A stretch of 64,000 nucleotides of DNA from Pavona decussata (Eukaryota): contig CDRNST010000124.1 in the NCBI GenBank assembly GCA_977016875.1, forward strand, positions 558,001 to 622,000, in the 5' to 3' direction. Position numbers and translations under genes: made by a program. The notes beneath the pieces are model-generated. The model did no database searches. It was not told the DNA's origin and saw nothing but the letters and a program-made list of their open reading frames with translations. This document shows, piece by piece, positions 22,728 to 37,087 of the stretch (its first letter is position 1; each line of letters starts with the position of its first letter).

Positions 22728-25700
22728 CAGAGCTTGAAAATTAGTATTTCAACCGTTTTAAGACGTTACGTGAAATTTGCCAACTTTTGGTGTAAAACTA
22801 TTGCCTCCGGGCTCATGAACAGTTAGCCAAAACGACTAGCGTTTACTGACAAAATTACCGTAATCAATCATCTACTTCTGATGCCTTGCGCAGCTGTTTC
22901 GTCAGGGCAGATTACTACTTAAGGACACGTTTTAAAACGATTTAGAAAGGTGGTAACGTACAAAAACGATTTTTTATAGACTTTATTCAGTACTCTCTTT
23001 GTTCCTTAATTAGTACTACACTGAAAACGTCAAGCACAGTGGGGAAGCATCTTTTAATCACGAGAAAGTATACGAAGTTAGGCTATAGCGTTTCAGTGCA
23101 CGCTACGTGACTGAAAACAACAGCAAGTCCCGTACTAACTGAGAGATTAAACTTGTGTCGTGGGATAATATACCTCCTTAGGAACAGTGCCACTAATCTG
23201 TGGTTTGTAGGTTAGTTTGTTTTTGAGAGGTAGGCAAGTGAGGTATGTCTGTGGTCTGAAGGAATAAAAACTGAGTCAAGACGCATGGCTTTCACTAAAT
23301 ATGCTTGCTAAGGGCGTATTTTGTTATCGGCAAACTGTGCTATTGATTTATCACAAACCCGTTTTCTTATTCGAAACAGTTGCGTATCTCATTTCTCGTT
23401 TCAAATTCAGTCATCTCAGCGGAAGTCATGTATTCATTGCCAACCTCTGCAAAGACCCAAGGTCCGAGACAACGCCTGTTGCATGCTGACGGAGGCAATT
23501 CAAGGACCCTCTTCAGTAACTATCTCTAGTGCCTTATCAGAAGGACGGTATTAAAGTCCTTGATTCAAGAAGACCTCAAAACCACATGCCTTAAGAAACA
23601 AAATCGTCAAACCCAAAACCACTGACTTATCGGACAAGTTTGTGAAGGCACTCGAGTTTGATGACTTAGCGTAGGGGTGGGTGAGTCAACTCCATATTGG
23701 TTGTCTGAAGAAGCCACAGGTTAAACTAGATGCTCAATAAAAAGCAAATCCGGTAATTATTAGTGCTATAAGAAACAATGACATTCCGTTTTCTGTTAAG
23801 TACAAGTATTCCAAGCCCACGCAAGCTCCCAAATTCAACCTGGCTAAAGAAGCATGTTGTCTTAACCGTTAGGCATTCACTAACGAATCCCATCTATAGT
23901 TCAGCTTGCAAAACGTTGAAAAATAGGTTAACGCAGGAAAGAACTTCTCAAACGTTTTTATTTGAATGCAGGTCACACTTACGAAATTCATCCAGAGAGT
24001 GACAAACAAAAACCACTTTGTACATCACTTTATAATAATACACAGCCTCATGGCCTCATTTGAATAGACACACCTAGAATTACGAATTTTTATCCCCAGT
24101 TTCAGCAGAAAGGAATAATACATGACACAAAACGAGACATCAATTTTCAGAGGCGCAGACTTTATTTTCACTGAGAAATAACGGCAATTTTCTTCCAGTT
24201 GGTTTCGTGAGTTCCCCTTAATTTCTTTTTAATCTTCCGCATAACCTGGAAATGCCATTAAATTTCCATTCGCCCACGCTCGCACTCCAAGAATTCGGTG
24301 AGGTTGTCAAGTAAGGAAATGAGTAATGATTCGGAAGGAACTGAGCTTAACGACAGGCACGAAGCGCAAATTTATGCATGCTTTGCGGACCTATTTTTAA
24401 ACACTGTATTCGGCAGGGACGATCAAATAGATACACACTTATAGCGATGGGCAAATTTGTCATTCTTTGTTATAGCGCAAATCGCGTGTTATTGCATTCA
24501 TCGCAAGATGTCGATAAACAAAGACTTCCTGTGCCCTCATAAAAATATACCCGAAGCTTTCACCAAGGTCAGGGAGGCGATTGGGAGGCGACCGTGCGAA
24601 TGAAGAGATCATTTCGTCACCTGTTCAAGCAATAGAGACCTCATGGATGTCTACAGCATAAAGTTACTTAGCATAAACCCAAGCCGCAGGCTAGGGCTAT
24701 CGAGTTCTTCAAACTCAATACAGTTTCAACCTCTCAAGCGTTCTCAGTTTACAAAGAGTTCAGACATAGTCTGGTCGTATTTTTATCCAGCGTGCTACAC
24801 ATGTAAGAGGCGAAAGAATTGTTCTTCCGTTTCAAAAGAAAGAAAGCTGAAACCTTAGTCTAAATAATCATTAGAGGAGCCAGTTTAATAACTTTTTAAT
24901 AGCAGCCAGTAACATGAGGAATACATAACTCGCTAATTAAAACGATTGCTCGTAGCAAATTGTCACGCGAAACCAATACATCCGGAAGAATTTGCCCATT
25001 TAGAATTTAGGAACAAGCAATAATGAAGTTATATCCGAAATGTTTCGTGACTAAGGCTTCTTGAAAACCATGTAAGTATATAAACGGTTTCCGATTCTAA
25101 TCGACGTTCAAGCACTATCGTACAGCTGTGATCTAGTGTTGCTTGGCAACCACTGTCATCCCTAATCAACCGCGAACTCACAAGGCCCCAGAAATTACAA
25201 GGGAATTGTTCTGGAAGATAAATAAGATCTTCATTAGGCACTGAGTATGGCTACTTAAAGTAAGGATTGGTATAAAACTGGAATTCAGTCGAGTTGTTTG
25301 TGAACGCGTATTCTTGGAAGTGTTTTCTCCCCATATTTTGATATCAAAGGGGCTTCTTTTAAAACCTTATCCTAAGAAATGGACGCGGTCACGAGTTCAC
25401 TCTGGGTGGGACTCTTGGACTGAAGCGATCCATCACACCAAGCGTTGTCTGAACACAAAACCATTTGTTTAGTAACTATTCTTAGGATTCATCTTAAATA
25501 AGACAGAGAGCTTCATGAAAACGACCCCCTGGGTTATATGTTGTAATCTTGGATCAGTGTTAATAAGCTTTCGAACCTCACCCTCAACTGAGAAGTCTTT
25601 TTCACGCTTAACGATTAATATTACAATGTTATGAAACACATAACAATCGCAACGGAAAGCATTAATATTGGTGTCAATATTGATCTTGCGTGCACAAAAG

Positions 25701-26724
25701 GCAGGACCACTAATGAAACATACTTTGAGATAATAAACTAAAAATATTCCTTATTAAATCTCCACAGTGGTTTAATTCATTAATCCAAGTGATCTTCATA
25801 GAAGGTTCGAGAAAGTAGCGTTGTTTCATAACGATATTGAGAAAAGACGCGTGATCAGCACAACTATGGATCTTTTTTTTTACACTTTAATCAATAAGCG
25901 GTTAATTTTCTTGATATTGAGCCAACTTGATTTCGTGACTGTTCCCTCTTTGTAGCTCAGTTCCTTATCAGACTCCTTATATTGGGCTTAGGACGAGTAC
26001 AGCTATAATTTTTGTTGTGAGGAATGTCACTAATCCCGGTTTAAAAATAAACCAAGTATAATAATAAGCTTGACGTTGAACCACGTGACGGCGACTGAAT
26101 CTCGTGAAGGAATGGGAACGAATTGAGAGAGTCGTTCCCTGATTGGTTTAAACGCATTTCTGCTTGACCGGCGCTCTAAACCAACGCCCTTGTACTACTT
26201 TTATGGCTCCTAAGTTCCTGTCCGATAAATCGCCTGACTCTTTCAATTACCATAATTTGTTTATACAGTTTTAATTTGAAAGAAAGTTTCAGCGCTCCAA
26301 AGGGACCTTAAGAACAAGCATGACGCAAGCGGAAACGACTTTAACTGAATGAATAAAAAAGTTTAGACTTTCTCGCACTTGTGTGACCAGCACGCGCTTG
26401 GACGATCTTTGTGAGTTCAAAGCCACTCAAACTATCAAGAAAAGCGACGAGGATCGAAATTCCTACACGCTTTTGAACACCATTCCTTATGAGGTCTAAT
26501 ATACTCCCTTATACGTTCATCGATGGAAATTGAACTCTGACTCATGTTAACGCTTGCATTTTGTTCCCTTTTGCGTCAGCCTTGTTTTTTATGACGCATT
26601 TACATCCGCTCCGTGGGGTTTGGGATTTGAATTTCCACGCCGTGCATTTCTATCACTTGTAAACAGGGCCCAACGCAGTTTACTTCCATAAATGAAGAAT
26701 GTTCTCAGTGGAAAACTTTAAGTA

Positions 26725-26945
26725 ACATCTGAGTGCTCCCAGTCGAGCCCATGGCATGACCTTCCAGAGACCGGTTGGATGGTTCTACTGCTGAGCTATG
26801 GGCCGGAGACTCGTGGTGAAGAATGTGCGACATATATGCCTCAGGTCCTGTTGACCACTATTTCCCCGTGGAAGGTCATGGGTTCGACTCTGTTCGGGGC
26901 ACTTGGAAGTTTTTTTTCCCGCGTTTTTCGACTTGACAACATACT
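26725..26945. mobile_element. Decayed fold-back element with inverted tRNA-like halves
   Basis: gagtgctcccagtcgagcccat...gaccttcc is mirrored by ggaaggtcatgggttcgactc...gggcacttgga (B-box-like GGTTCGA). Confidence 0.55.
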
Positions 26946-27449
26946 TGCATTATTGACTTATTCCACTTCACCAACTCCATTTTCATATTATAAAACTCGT
27001 ACGAATCCGAACTGCACCTGGTACAAAACCTGAATAAGTGGATCTGAACTTCACAGGTTCAGTTCGATTCACAATAAAATTGGCACCAGGCTCCGCCATA
27101 CAACACTTATTCTAATATCTAGCAAGGTGTTCACACCATACGGGTACAAATTAGAGATGGTAAGAATCTGGAACCCTAGCTGTTGTTCAACTGGTTACAA
27201 AACTTGTACGGACAGACGATGGTTTGGAAGCAGTCACAGTGCCAAGAGCCCCCTTAGGCCGCCATTTTTTTGTTGGGCGCTTGTGTGCGGACGTTAGCGG
27301 CAACAGATTTTCGCGGAAATTGAAGCTCCCTGCAGAAGAGGCAGGTCTAAAAATAATAAGATAATAAGGTTGACTCAAGTATATAGTGCATATGGAGGCT
27401 CCTCTTAATAGGCTCCTGACAGTGCTTAGGGAGGGAATGTGAGTGGATG

Positions 27450-27854
27450 TGGGAGGGGGTGGGCGTACACAATATAGTCTCATACTAAGAGGCCCCGCTC
27501 AGAGCCTCAAACCCTTGCTCTTTAACACACCAAATAATCTTTACGAAAATGGTACACATTTCACATACGCGAAACAAAAGCAAAATTAAATGTTCCACTT
27601 TCGCATTCTTCAAACATGAACTAAAGATAGGAGAATACCCGTTATCAGTACAGCAAGACTATCTTTGCATGTAATTTCTGCTCATTTGTGTTGCTGCCTT
27701 TTCTAATATTTGAATTTAATTGCTACCGTTTTAGTTAACAGTCTATTTTTGCAACCCTTCCAAGTACTCACATTTGCATACTAAACCAAAAAGGCGCTTC
27801 TTATGGGTGAAGCCTTCTGCCGTATAGCCGACTATATGAGGTAACCCCCCAGGG
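27450..27854. mobile_element. Degenerate CACTA/EnSpm-like MITE
   Basis: G-rich left end gggggtgggcgtac...gaggccccgctcagag; right end gaagccttctgccgtatagccgactatatgaggtaacccccagg. Confidence 0.45.
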
Positions 27855-28533
27855 CACAGAGAACACAGCCTTTGAAGCGTGCAGCGATTTGTGATTGTGA
27901 ACTGGCATGAAATTGAAACAGACTTTAATATGTTACAAACAATTAACTACGATTACGTCACTTTTGGTCACCTACAGTGATTAATGGGTCTTCGTTCGGT
28001 CGAGTGCATGTTGTAAACAAGCATCTCCTAAGGTCTTTTCGAGCAATTACTGGGCTTTTTAAAGACATATGTTTTCTAAAGAGACTCTCAAATTGTCATT
28101 AAATAAGTTGTGATGACATGGATGATTCCAGAAAACTTTTAGAAGAGAAATTGTTGGCAGCGCCCCATGTTCATGACAAAATTGACCATTCCCTTTCAGA
28201 AGAAACATGCGGAACTTTAAGTAGGAACTTATCACGAGAGCATAGGCATTCTAACCAGAGAGAAGAGAATCTAAGTAATCTGGAGAATGTCGGCTTAATT
28301 TTTTTGTACATTAGAAAGCAACATTTTGAAACACGTGTGGAACTACGAGCAACTGAGACGTTTTTCTTGAGAGGCTTTGTGTTTTTTATGGCTTCGCTTC
28401 AGTGGGCATCTTGACATACAATAGAAAGACACATTTAGTAATATTTTCAATATAGCTTAGTGATTCAGAGCCAGTGAGCTGCGTAAAGTGAGCAGGAGTG
28501 TCTGAGACAGTGGCTTGATGTTCGGAGAGAAGA

Positions 28534-28608
28534 ATGGAAGCCGCAGACTGGACCTTTTTTATAAGAAGAGCTGCGGGCAGGAGTAGTTCGGGAAGCAATT
28601 CGTTGACG
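28534..28608 (+). CDS. Candidate alternative first coding exon B of the Dmrt gene (MEAADWTFFIRRAAGRSSSGSNSLT)
   Basis: agaATGG start context, 75 nt, donor ACG/gtgagt in phase 0. Confidence 0.55.
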
Positions 28609-29605
28609 GTGAGTTTGATCCCAGCAGAGCTGTATACCTGTATTGCTGTGCAAATTGCAAGATACGTTTGTCAAATCGGGTATCAAAACAGTTGGTTCTT
28701 TGGGTTCTGCAACGTAGCCTCTGATCCCTGTATTATTCTAAGCCCGCGGGGGAGTTCACTGTTAAAGAATGTCAAACGTAGCTAAAGAACGAGCTGTATG
28801 CAGCCTTTAGTATTAGTTAAGACTGAACTGTTCGATGCAGGTCGTGGCTTTGTTTTTTATCGTTAACACTATTATGTCACAAGATCAACAACATGCATCA
28901 CTCCTTCTTAGCTGACTTAAGCAAAACGTTGTGCTTTTTTGGGAGAGTGGACACGTTCATTGTTCTTATCATGAAAATGAAAATACACACCTGAGATCAA
29001 CTTAAATTAGGGATTGTATCATCTGATACAAGAAGAAAACACTAAATAATCTCAACTTTGAATTCTTACGTAATGCCACTTAACAATTTCCTTGAAAAAC
29101 GGAGTGATGGAAGGTGAGTTATATAATTAACACGGGAACGGATCACTCCAAAAGAATGTTATTAAGTCGTCTTTTTTGGTGGAGCTTCATAACATTAGAA
29201 AATATGGAACGTTCGTTCGTTCAAACTAGTTATAGCTAGTTCTTGGCTTGACGGAGGCAAGCTACAACTGAGCATTGTTTGCAAAGAGATAATCTTGTGA
29301 TGGCATTTACATAGTTTAAGGGACTAATGTTAAGAAGGTGATAGCAAATAAACTAATTTAGATACAATTTTTGGCAGTTTGACCGTCGAGATTTGACATA
29401 GTTTGGATGAGGAAGTGAATAAATAATTCGCTAGTTGGATGGGGAGCTCGGTAGTCGCACTATTTGTTGGTTAGGATGTCAAAGTAATGCACACTTTGTT
29501 AGTTTGAATAATGAGTTAGATACACGATTTATCAGCTTAAGTGATAATTTTAGATACACAATTTGTTAGTTTAAGTAATGAGCTAGATGTATCATTTGTC
29601 ACACG

Positions 29606-30110
29606 AAAATTTGGTTGCATAACTGAATCGATAATGTCCGTTGGCCACCGTACACAAAGCCAAGAGCAAACGCTTCGGGCGCTCACCCTTTGTCGTAGCA
29701 CATAAAGGAATTCTGTGTTGTCAGAGGTGGTTTATCAATATATCGAAGGGTGTAGCATAGCTATTGGTGTAAACAGGGTATCGTGAAAAATGAAAATAAC
29801 TTAGTTGGAGGAAAAGCTTTCTTCAATCCCAGTTGGGACTTGACTGTCGATTTTACAGCTTTCGTGCTCAGGTGATGCAGGGAACGGCAACAGACTTCCC
29901 GCCACTAACGATGCGTTCGTTAGTAGATTGGTTCAGGGTAGGTAAAAGTGTTGAGCGACTCGTTTAATCTCGTCTTTGTCTTTTCTCTAAATGTCTCGTA
30001 GATGTTCGCCAAAACGCTTTCCTGGTCTCCCTCCTTTCGCCGATCTGATTAATATATCTTTCAACAAAATGCAGGTTTTGCAGTTGTTAACATTTGAAGC
30101 GGTCCATTCA
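29606..30110 (-). mobile_element. Decayed Penelope-like retroelement 3' part (GIY-YIG endonuclease remnant plus pLTR)
   Basis: Minus-strand translation contains GKRFGEHLRDI*RKDKDEIKRVAQHFYLP and PTGIEESFSSN*. This is followed by a decayed hammerhead-type segment gctacgacaaagggtgagcgcccgaagcg and tacggtggccaa. Confidence 0.8.
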
Positions 30111-31205
30111 AAATTTTTCCTGTAGGATTATTTTACTGACGTAGGTACCGTGTAATTTGTCGGCAGTTAGATACGCAAACTCTCAGCTTAAATAGTGAGT
30201 TGAATACATAATTGTCGTTTTGTATCCTGAATTACATACACATTAAGACGATGTCGGGGTAGACAACTCTTTTCACTTTGGAGATAGTGAGGGAGATGTA
30301 CGATTTGGTAGTTTGAATGTTGAGGTATATTTGTCAGTTCCGATGCAAGATTTGTCAGTTTGGATAGTTAGTTAAGTGCGGAACTCACACGAGTTTGGAT
30401 ATCCGGGCGTACATACATGATTTTATTCCTTTTAATAACGAGTTAAATACGCAATAAATTGTCAATTTGGATAGTGAGGTCAATATACGATTATTATCAG
30501 TTAACTACTTTTTAATAGCAAGGTTGATGCACAGTTTGACAGTCTAGAAAATTAGGAAATCACAAGATTTGTTAATTTGGATGGAGAGGTCAATACTCTG
30601 TACTTAGTTTGTCAGTTTTCACGGTGGTGCAGATAAACAGTTTATTACAGTTTGTGACGTAGTTACACGATTTGCCAGCTAGTTTGGATTGTGAGGAAAA
30701 GACACGGTTTGGTAGTAATGACGTAGATTCCCAGTTTGTAATTTGTGAGTTTCGATAGTGAAGTACATATACGATTGGTCATTTTGAATAGTGACGAAAA
30801 GTGGTTTTACGTAAGCCATAAGATAGGAATTAGACAGTTGAGCACTATGCGACGTACGTTACTTCAATATTTCTTGTCTTGGTTTCTCTGACTACTTAAT
30901 TTGTTTCGAGCGATATGTTATCTATCCTGACTTCACACCTAAATAAGCAGTTTGTTGGTTTGTATGGCACTGAGGTAAGAAGATTTTTATGACTTTGAGG
31001 CCATGAACAGTGAAGTATAGATGTACAATTTGTCAATAACAGTTTGTGCCTAAAGTGAGTAACTACGTGGTTTCAATGGTAATTTCGATAACAACGATTT
31101 GTCATTTGGACTCTGTTCCTGGATACACGATTTGTAAGTTTGAATAGTAATGTAGATAAATACATAATTTTCCAGTTTGAGTAAAAATGAAGAAACTTGT
31201 TTTGA

Positions 31206-31344
31206 CAGCCAACAACGCAGCGTTTCTGTGGGATTTTTCTGCGTCGAAGTCAAATCGGGAGCAAAATTCTTTCCAACTTTCGTGCGGTCAGGATGCAAAA
31301 AACGATGGAAACTGACCCAAACGAAACGTTTGCCACGCAGGCTA
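31206..31344. mobile_element. Decayed MITE of the TAGCCTGCG family
   Basis: Right end gaaacgtttgccacgcaggcta; degenerate left end cagccaacaacgcagcgtttc. Confidence 0.55.
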
Positions 31345-31789
31345 TGTCACAACTGATGTCATTTTGTCAGTTTGAATCATATATTAGTTGGACAATTAGC
31401 CAGTTTGAATAATGAGGTAGGTACACGATTTTTCAATTAAAATAGTGAAGTCGATACATAATTGTTATTTAGGACAGTGAAGTAGATAAACGATTTATCA
31501 GTGAGATTTATACGCAATTTGTTAGTTAATGGATATTGAAGTAGAAATATTGTGGCAGTTTGGACTAAGATAAAGCGTTCACACGAGTTAGTTTAAACAG
31601 TGAGTCAATAACAAATAAGATGAAATTTAATCGTCGGAGAGTGTGAGCATTCGTTCATATCAAAGCTTTTGAGTATTTGTTAAATCCTTTCACTGTCCTT
31701 TCGGGATGTTCATGTTCGGAAGAAGAATGCGTAAAACGTGTCATCCCTGTTTTTTGGGGGAATTAAGATAAGTTGGTACAAGGTACACT

Positions 31790-32153
31790 TAAGGGGGAAT
31801 TGTCACGGGAGATTTTGCTGTTCTCAGCAAAACTGCGCTCACAAATATTTCACAAAGTATCTTTCCTGAAACATGACTAATTACTTTTGGAGAATCGAGA
31901 AGAAAATGTCAAGAGGTATCCAAGGAAGTAGAAACCATAGTACGTTTCAAAGGATTTTTTCAAAACACATGCATGGGAAAAACTTGAAAAAGCTGGCCAT
32001 TCACAGCCAATGATAATTAATACTAGTTTTTATTGATTTTATGCATTAGCAGTGCAATTGTAAATAAAACTGGAACACGGTTTCTACATATCCGTTGATA
32101 CAAACATGTTTTTGGTGATTCAAAGTAACTAAAATATCCGTTTCTGCCCCTTT
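31790..32153 (+). mobile_element. Degenerate Kolobok-like non-autonomous element
   Basis: Ends ttaagggggaattgtcacgg and ccgtttctgcccctt; similar to 5707-6047. Confidence 0.55.
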
Positions 32154-34183
32154 GTTACTAAGAGGCATGTGAATTGTAGGTCACTAACGACTTCAGAAAA
32201 AAAAAAATGCCTCAAAAGCAGTGGCCAGCTGCGAAATAAACGGTGGATCGCTTATGTTCTTTCCAGGGGTGAGAGATATTCTGTGATCTTTACAGTTCGT
32301 CTTATACCATATCAGAAAACGATTTGTTTAAGTGAACATAACGTGGGTTTCAGTCTTTTAAGGCAGTTTCGACGAAATTTGCAAAGGCTTGGAAATATTT
32401 TGTAGTTCGATTGAGAAGCACTGTAAACTTCAATATTTTCTTAAAACTAACCTTTATTCCATTGAAAATTTGGCACAAATAGTGTCCGCGCGAGTACGGC
32501 CTTGGCTCACGTACGATGTCTTGATTGGTTCCTGGTAGCTATAGCCCCCCACGGAAAAAATCTCCTGCAAGAGTTTAATATCCAGTTTGGACAGTGCATG
32601 CTAATCCTATTTGCCTCAGTTTTCTCGTCAATGAATGTTCCAACCAAGATTAGAGCGCGTCTCTCTGCTTTACTCTCGACGGAGTAAAGTGCAAAGTCAC
32701 AACTTTTGTTGACGTCATCCGTGCGTCTTTCCTCTAATAGATTATAGGGAAGCCAATAACGACGCATGTAACATCTTCCGAGAATTATTGTTACCTGTTT
32801 CATATTTACTGAAGCAATATCAACGCAATATAATCTAGTCATTACTAAACGTCTGCTCATCATTTTCTGCAGTTACCATGGTCAGGTACTATTTCTGGCA
32901 AGGCCCAATCATGTTCACAAAGACCAGTATGCCAAAGGCTAGGGCGGACGATTAAAATAGTACGAAGTACGGAAATATCGACAAGATCACGAAACACAAC
33001 TCCCACTTGCAAATATAAACAAATGTAGATAATGAATGAATGAATGAACAGACAAGACACACGAGGCAGTTATTTAATAGCAACGGAAAGTATAGTAAAT
33101 TAGAAGCAAATCCAACTTTATGAAGAGTTATTGTGCAAGTGCCAATATCCGAAATAGATTTACTCTTTCTTTTACGGGGGTGACAACTCTAACAAAGCTG
33201 TTTTGGGACAAAGCCAAAATTGTTCCGGGAATCTGGAGATTTTTCCGGGAATCGGGACACTTAGAAATTTTTCCGGGAAACACGCTATAATTCCGGGACA
33301 TTGCAGAAAAAATCGGAACATCAAAGGAGATGTTTCCCAGAAATTCGGGAGGATGATCCAAATTTCCGGGATGACTAAGGTTAAGACCTAGTATTGCTCA
33401 AACAGCGTTTGTTAAAGTTGTCAGCCCCCGTTTCTTTTGACATTAGTTTTGAAATAAACAGTTAATGAATCAATACTGCGAAACAAAATTTAACTTCACG
33501 AAAAAAGCTATATTCTAAAAGATTGTTTTGCATTGTAAACATCAATTATAGTGTGACGCAAGTATATATTAAAGCCTTAATTGCACTTCAAACATGAAAA
33601 AGAACAAGTTTCCGGAATAACAACGGTACCCTTTGGCACTGCACGTTTCAGCAAGAATCGACGTGACGTAGATAAAACGTGTGTCCTGCAAGTGAGCGTT
33701 TTCTGTTTGATAGTTTCCATTTTTGTGACACAATTTTGCAAAGAAGTAAATCGCGTTAATTTGTTCCCCTTCACTCGTGAAATCCGGAAAATAATACTGT
33801 TTCATGGTGCAGCACACGAAACGAAACTGTTTTGTGGGATGATGGCCACGTCAGTAAACTTGTTGGCAAGAATTTGTCCCATTTTGACTTGTCCCTGTAA
33901 AAAAGTTGACAAGTACATACACTTTCTGTACAACAACAACTAGACGCACTGTTAGGCCCATATTGAAACCAGCACTCGATACCACCGATACCGGGATTTC
34001 AGTAACGATACTTGCGAATAGTATCGGGTTTTGGGATATTATTCGATACCGCTCACGTGACCATTTGCAATAAGAAAATTAACAGATATTTACCCACGCC
34101 GAATTTATTGTTACTACTGCAATCGTAGCCAGGTCTTACCTCGCCCCTAAGTGGCTCATACCTGCTCGTTCCAGCCCAGCCAC

Positions 34184-34537
34184 TAGAGACGTAGTAGATT
34201 CTCGCAAGACTACGACTTTTTCCAATAGAAAAAGAGTGGGCACGAGTCTGACGAGTGCATGTTGTTTAGGCGGGAAAACGAGACAGCCGTCGTCAACTTA
34301 CTTTGAGGCTTTACGCGAACTGTCTAGTGGCGAAAACAAGTCCTCGAAACGTAGATGATCAGTCTCGTATTTTGGAATCACGAAAGGGCTTAGCTATTAT
34401 CATTCAAAACAACTACATCAAGTTCGTCGCACACAGACAGTAAAATGAAGCTTCCTGGGGATAAATATCTTTTAGTACTTCGTTAAAAAAACTCTCGTAT
34501 TCGTTGTCGTGCTCGTAATGTAATCTAAAGGTTTCTA
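34184..34537. mobile_element. Degenerate MITE
   Basis: Inverted ends tagagac.tag..gatt...gactacga and tcgttgtc...aatctaaaggtttcta. Confidence 0.55.
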
Positions 34538-36138
34538 CTATGTAGAATAACGACATTATACAAACGATTGTTGTTCAAAGTTTAAATTCCATTATTCAGA
34601 TAAGATTCGAGGAAGGTCAACCTTATAAACCACACCTTGCATCAGTAAATTTATGCAAACAGCGACTTTAAAAAAACAGGCTGAAACATATACGCCGTTC
34701 TCTTCTTAATCTTGTTAGCTTGGATAAAATATTGCCACAATCCAATTAACCAGTATTACAAACTTAAAATATTTATATGGTTTCTGGTGTTGCACACCAT
34801 AAATAGTACTTAAATCCAAGTCTAAGTCTGTGGTTTATTTGTTTTGGACGAAAACAGTGTACTTGGGTGAAGCGCAAGTGCAAAGGAATAACACCGACCA
34901 TGAACTGCCACATATCTCTGCTTATCTCTTTTCTCTGTATAGGTGGATATTGATTCAGATGGGTAGTCGAGATTTATGGACTTACATCTCGGATTATTTG
35001 TATTGCTAATATCAGTAATCACTTTGTACTTAAGAAAAGAGAGACAGGTAGCCGCGGTTTTAAAAGACCGGAAAAACAAGATAATTATTCCGCCTTGTGT
35101 TTGTTAAAGAAGCCATGATCATCTTTTAATGAGTTCTTAACCTCTTTGTTAGGGCGGACAGAATATCGTTCATAGCCCAGCATGTATTTAATTGCGTATT
35201 CGCCCGAATATGATCTGGTGAGAAACGTTAAAATTTCAACGAGCTTACCTATTTCTTCCCCCCTGAGACAATAAGCTACATCGTATGATGAGCTGTAGTT
35301 TTTCAACGCCAGAAAATCTTGCACTTGAGGACGGAAAAGTCACTTAAAGCGTGCGCTATAGACGTCTGTTTAAAAGGAAAATTATCGTTGTCGGTAAAAT
35401 TACTGAGAATGTACACTAGTTCTATTTTACAACTTAAAAAAACTATTTTGTCAACAGCAAAGCATTTCTCCGGAAATACTTAGCAGTAGTTGTTGAAATT
35501 TTAATTAGTTTTCTCATTACCCCCCCTCTCCGTGGGACAATAATCGACATTGTAGTTTTCACCTTCCGTGAAGCTCTCTTCATGGTAGAGTAGTTTTTCT
35601 GAATGTTGGTATTCCGCTTAAAGAGAAAAATCATTTATACAGATTATTCGAAAAGCGACCTTTCCCAGAAATGAAAAGCGGTGGGTTTGATCATAGGGGC
35701 GCGGTTGTAGCTCAACGAGTTTCGCGTATTTTTCAAAGGTTTTTATGGCTGTATGCCAAGAAACGTTACCGCAATACAAACCCCCTCGCCATTGAGCGCT
35801 TAATAAATTTCCCTGTTGATACCTAAAGGGGTGGTAGCGACTCATATTTCAACCTCTGTTCATTCCGAAACTCAAAATTTAAGGCAAGCAAAATTCTACC
35901 AAGTGGTCTAAACTGAAACGAAACTTTTGAATGGAGCAATTTTAACACCGTGCTAATGAAAGGGGTTTTAATCGCTAGGAACGTCACAACACTGTGGGAG
36001 AGTAAAAATGCTTGCACACCTCTCAAACCATACTTATCCGCGTGCCTTGAACACTGATATTAACCAAGTCATATCTTCTCAGTGAGTATCCCTATATCTG
36101 TTCGGATGGCCTCCTGTATCGCCTGAGAAAGAAAATCA

Positions 36139-36353
36139 AGGGTGCGTTCGATTGGCCCTTTTCCGGAATAGGAATACACATAATGATTACTAGAAATCCC
36201 TCATGAGCGGTTTTTGGAGTTACAAAATGTTGCTTAAATTCTCATGTGTTAGCGAACGTTTGCAGAAATGGCTTCCCAAATTTACTTAAAAGAGAAATCT
36301 CACGTCCATTCCGCTTATTCTTATTCCGGAGTACGGTCAATCGAACGCAACCT
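36139..36353. mobile_element. Harbinger-like MITE
   Basis: TIR agggtgcgttcgattggcc...tccggaataggaata / tattcttattccgga...ggtcaatcgaacgcaacct. Confidence 0.8.
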
Positions 36354-37087
36354 GAAGTGTTTTCGGCAGAATGTCTGCTCAACATTTCGTAACACTGAAG
36401 AACTAATTCTTTTCGTTTTTGAAGAGGAAAATATGTAATTAAAAATGCGAAAAAAAGTCAGCCAGCAACAGCTAGTAATAAATTCGGGGAATAAAATTCC
36501 GTTTCCTAAAAGTTTCTGCAAGTTAAATTTTCAGCTTAAAGCATCCGAACACATCAACCTGTATTAGTTTACACAGATATGTCGAAAAGGACACAACACG
36601 ATCTGGGACACACAGAAGATAACATTTTAAGTATTTTTTTTTGAGGTTGTCGTCGAGTGCTCTTGTGATATTAACCAAACCTCACCTTTTCAACGAGTGT
36701 CCCTATTTCTTACCTTAGGTGTAATAGCAATGAAGACTGAATGAAAATAGAGCAATTTTTTTACACGTTGACAGTAAATGAAGCAATTTATGTTGTGAAA
36801 AAGGTTGTATGATACATATGACAAGTAGCCTGGTGGTGACTGAACTTCATCGCCTGCATGAGGAAGGCGAGCAATTAACCGAGATTTTTATTCTTTATTA
36901 AGATTCAGTCGCAAATGCATAACAACAGACAATTGGCAAGGACTGGCCATATAGATACTTACGGGGTCCCGCAAGACGACATGAATATGTGAACTCAAAA
37001 GTCAGTAACACCTTCAGAGAATTACAGTTTGGTTTGACAGCGATTCAAGAGTGTGGGGTTTTGTTCGGATCGCAATTCGTTTTGTTA

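Larger units (their letters stand above)
29359..31610. repeat. Degenerate ~33-bp minisatellite, interrupted by Penelope and MITE insertions
   Basis: Recurrent consensus gatacacgatttgtcagtttg(a/g)atagtgag(g/t)ta, e.g. at 29519, 30298, 30455, 31421 and 31485. Confidence 0.75.

Noticed and set aside
32507-33060. Adjacent minus-strand ORFs of 118 and 66 aa
   Set aside because: No recognisable domain or consistent splice structure.
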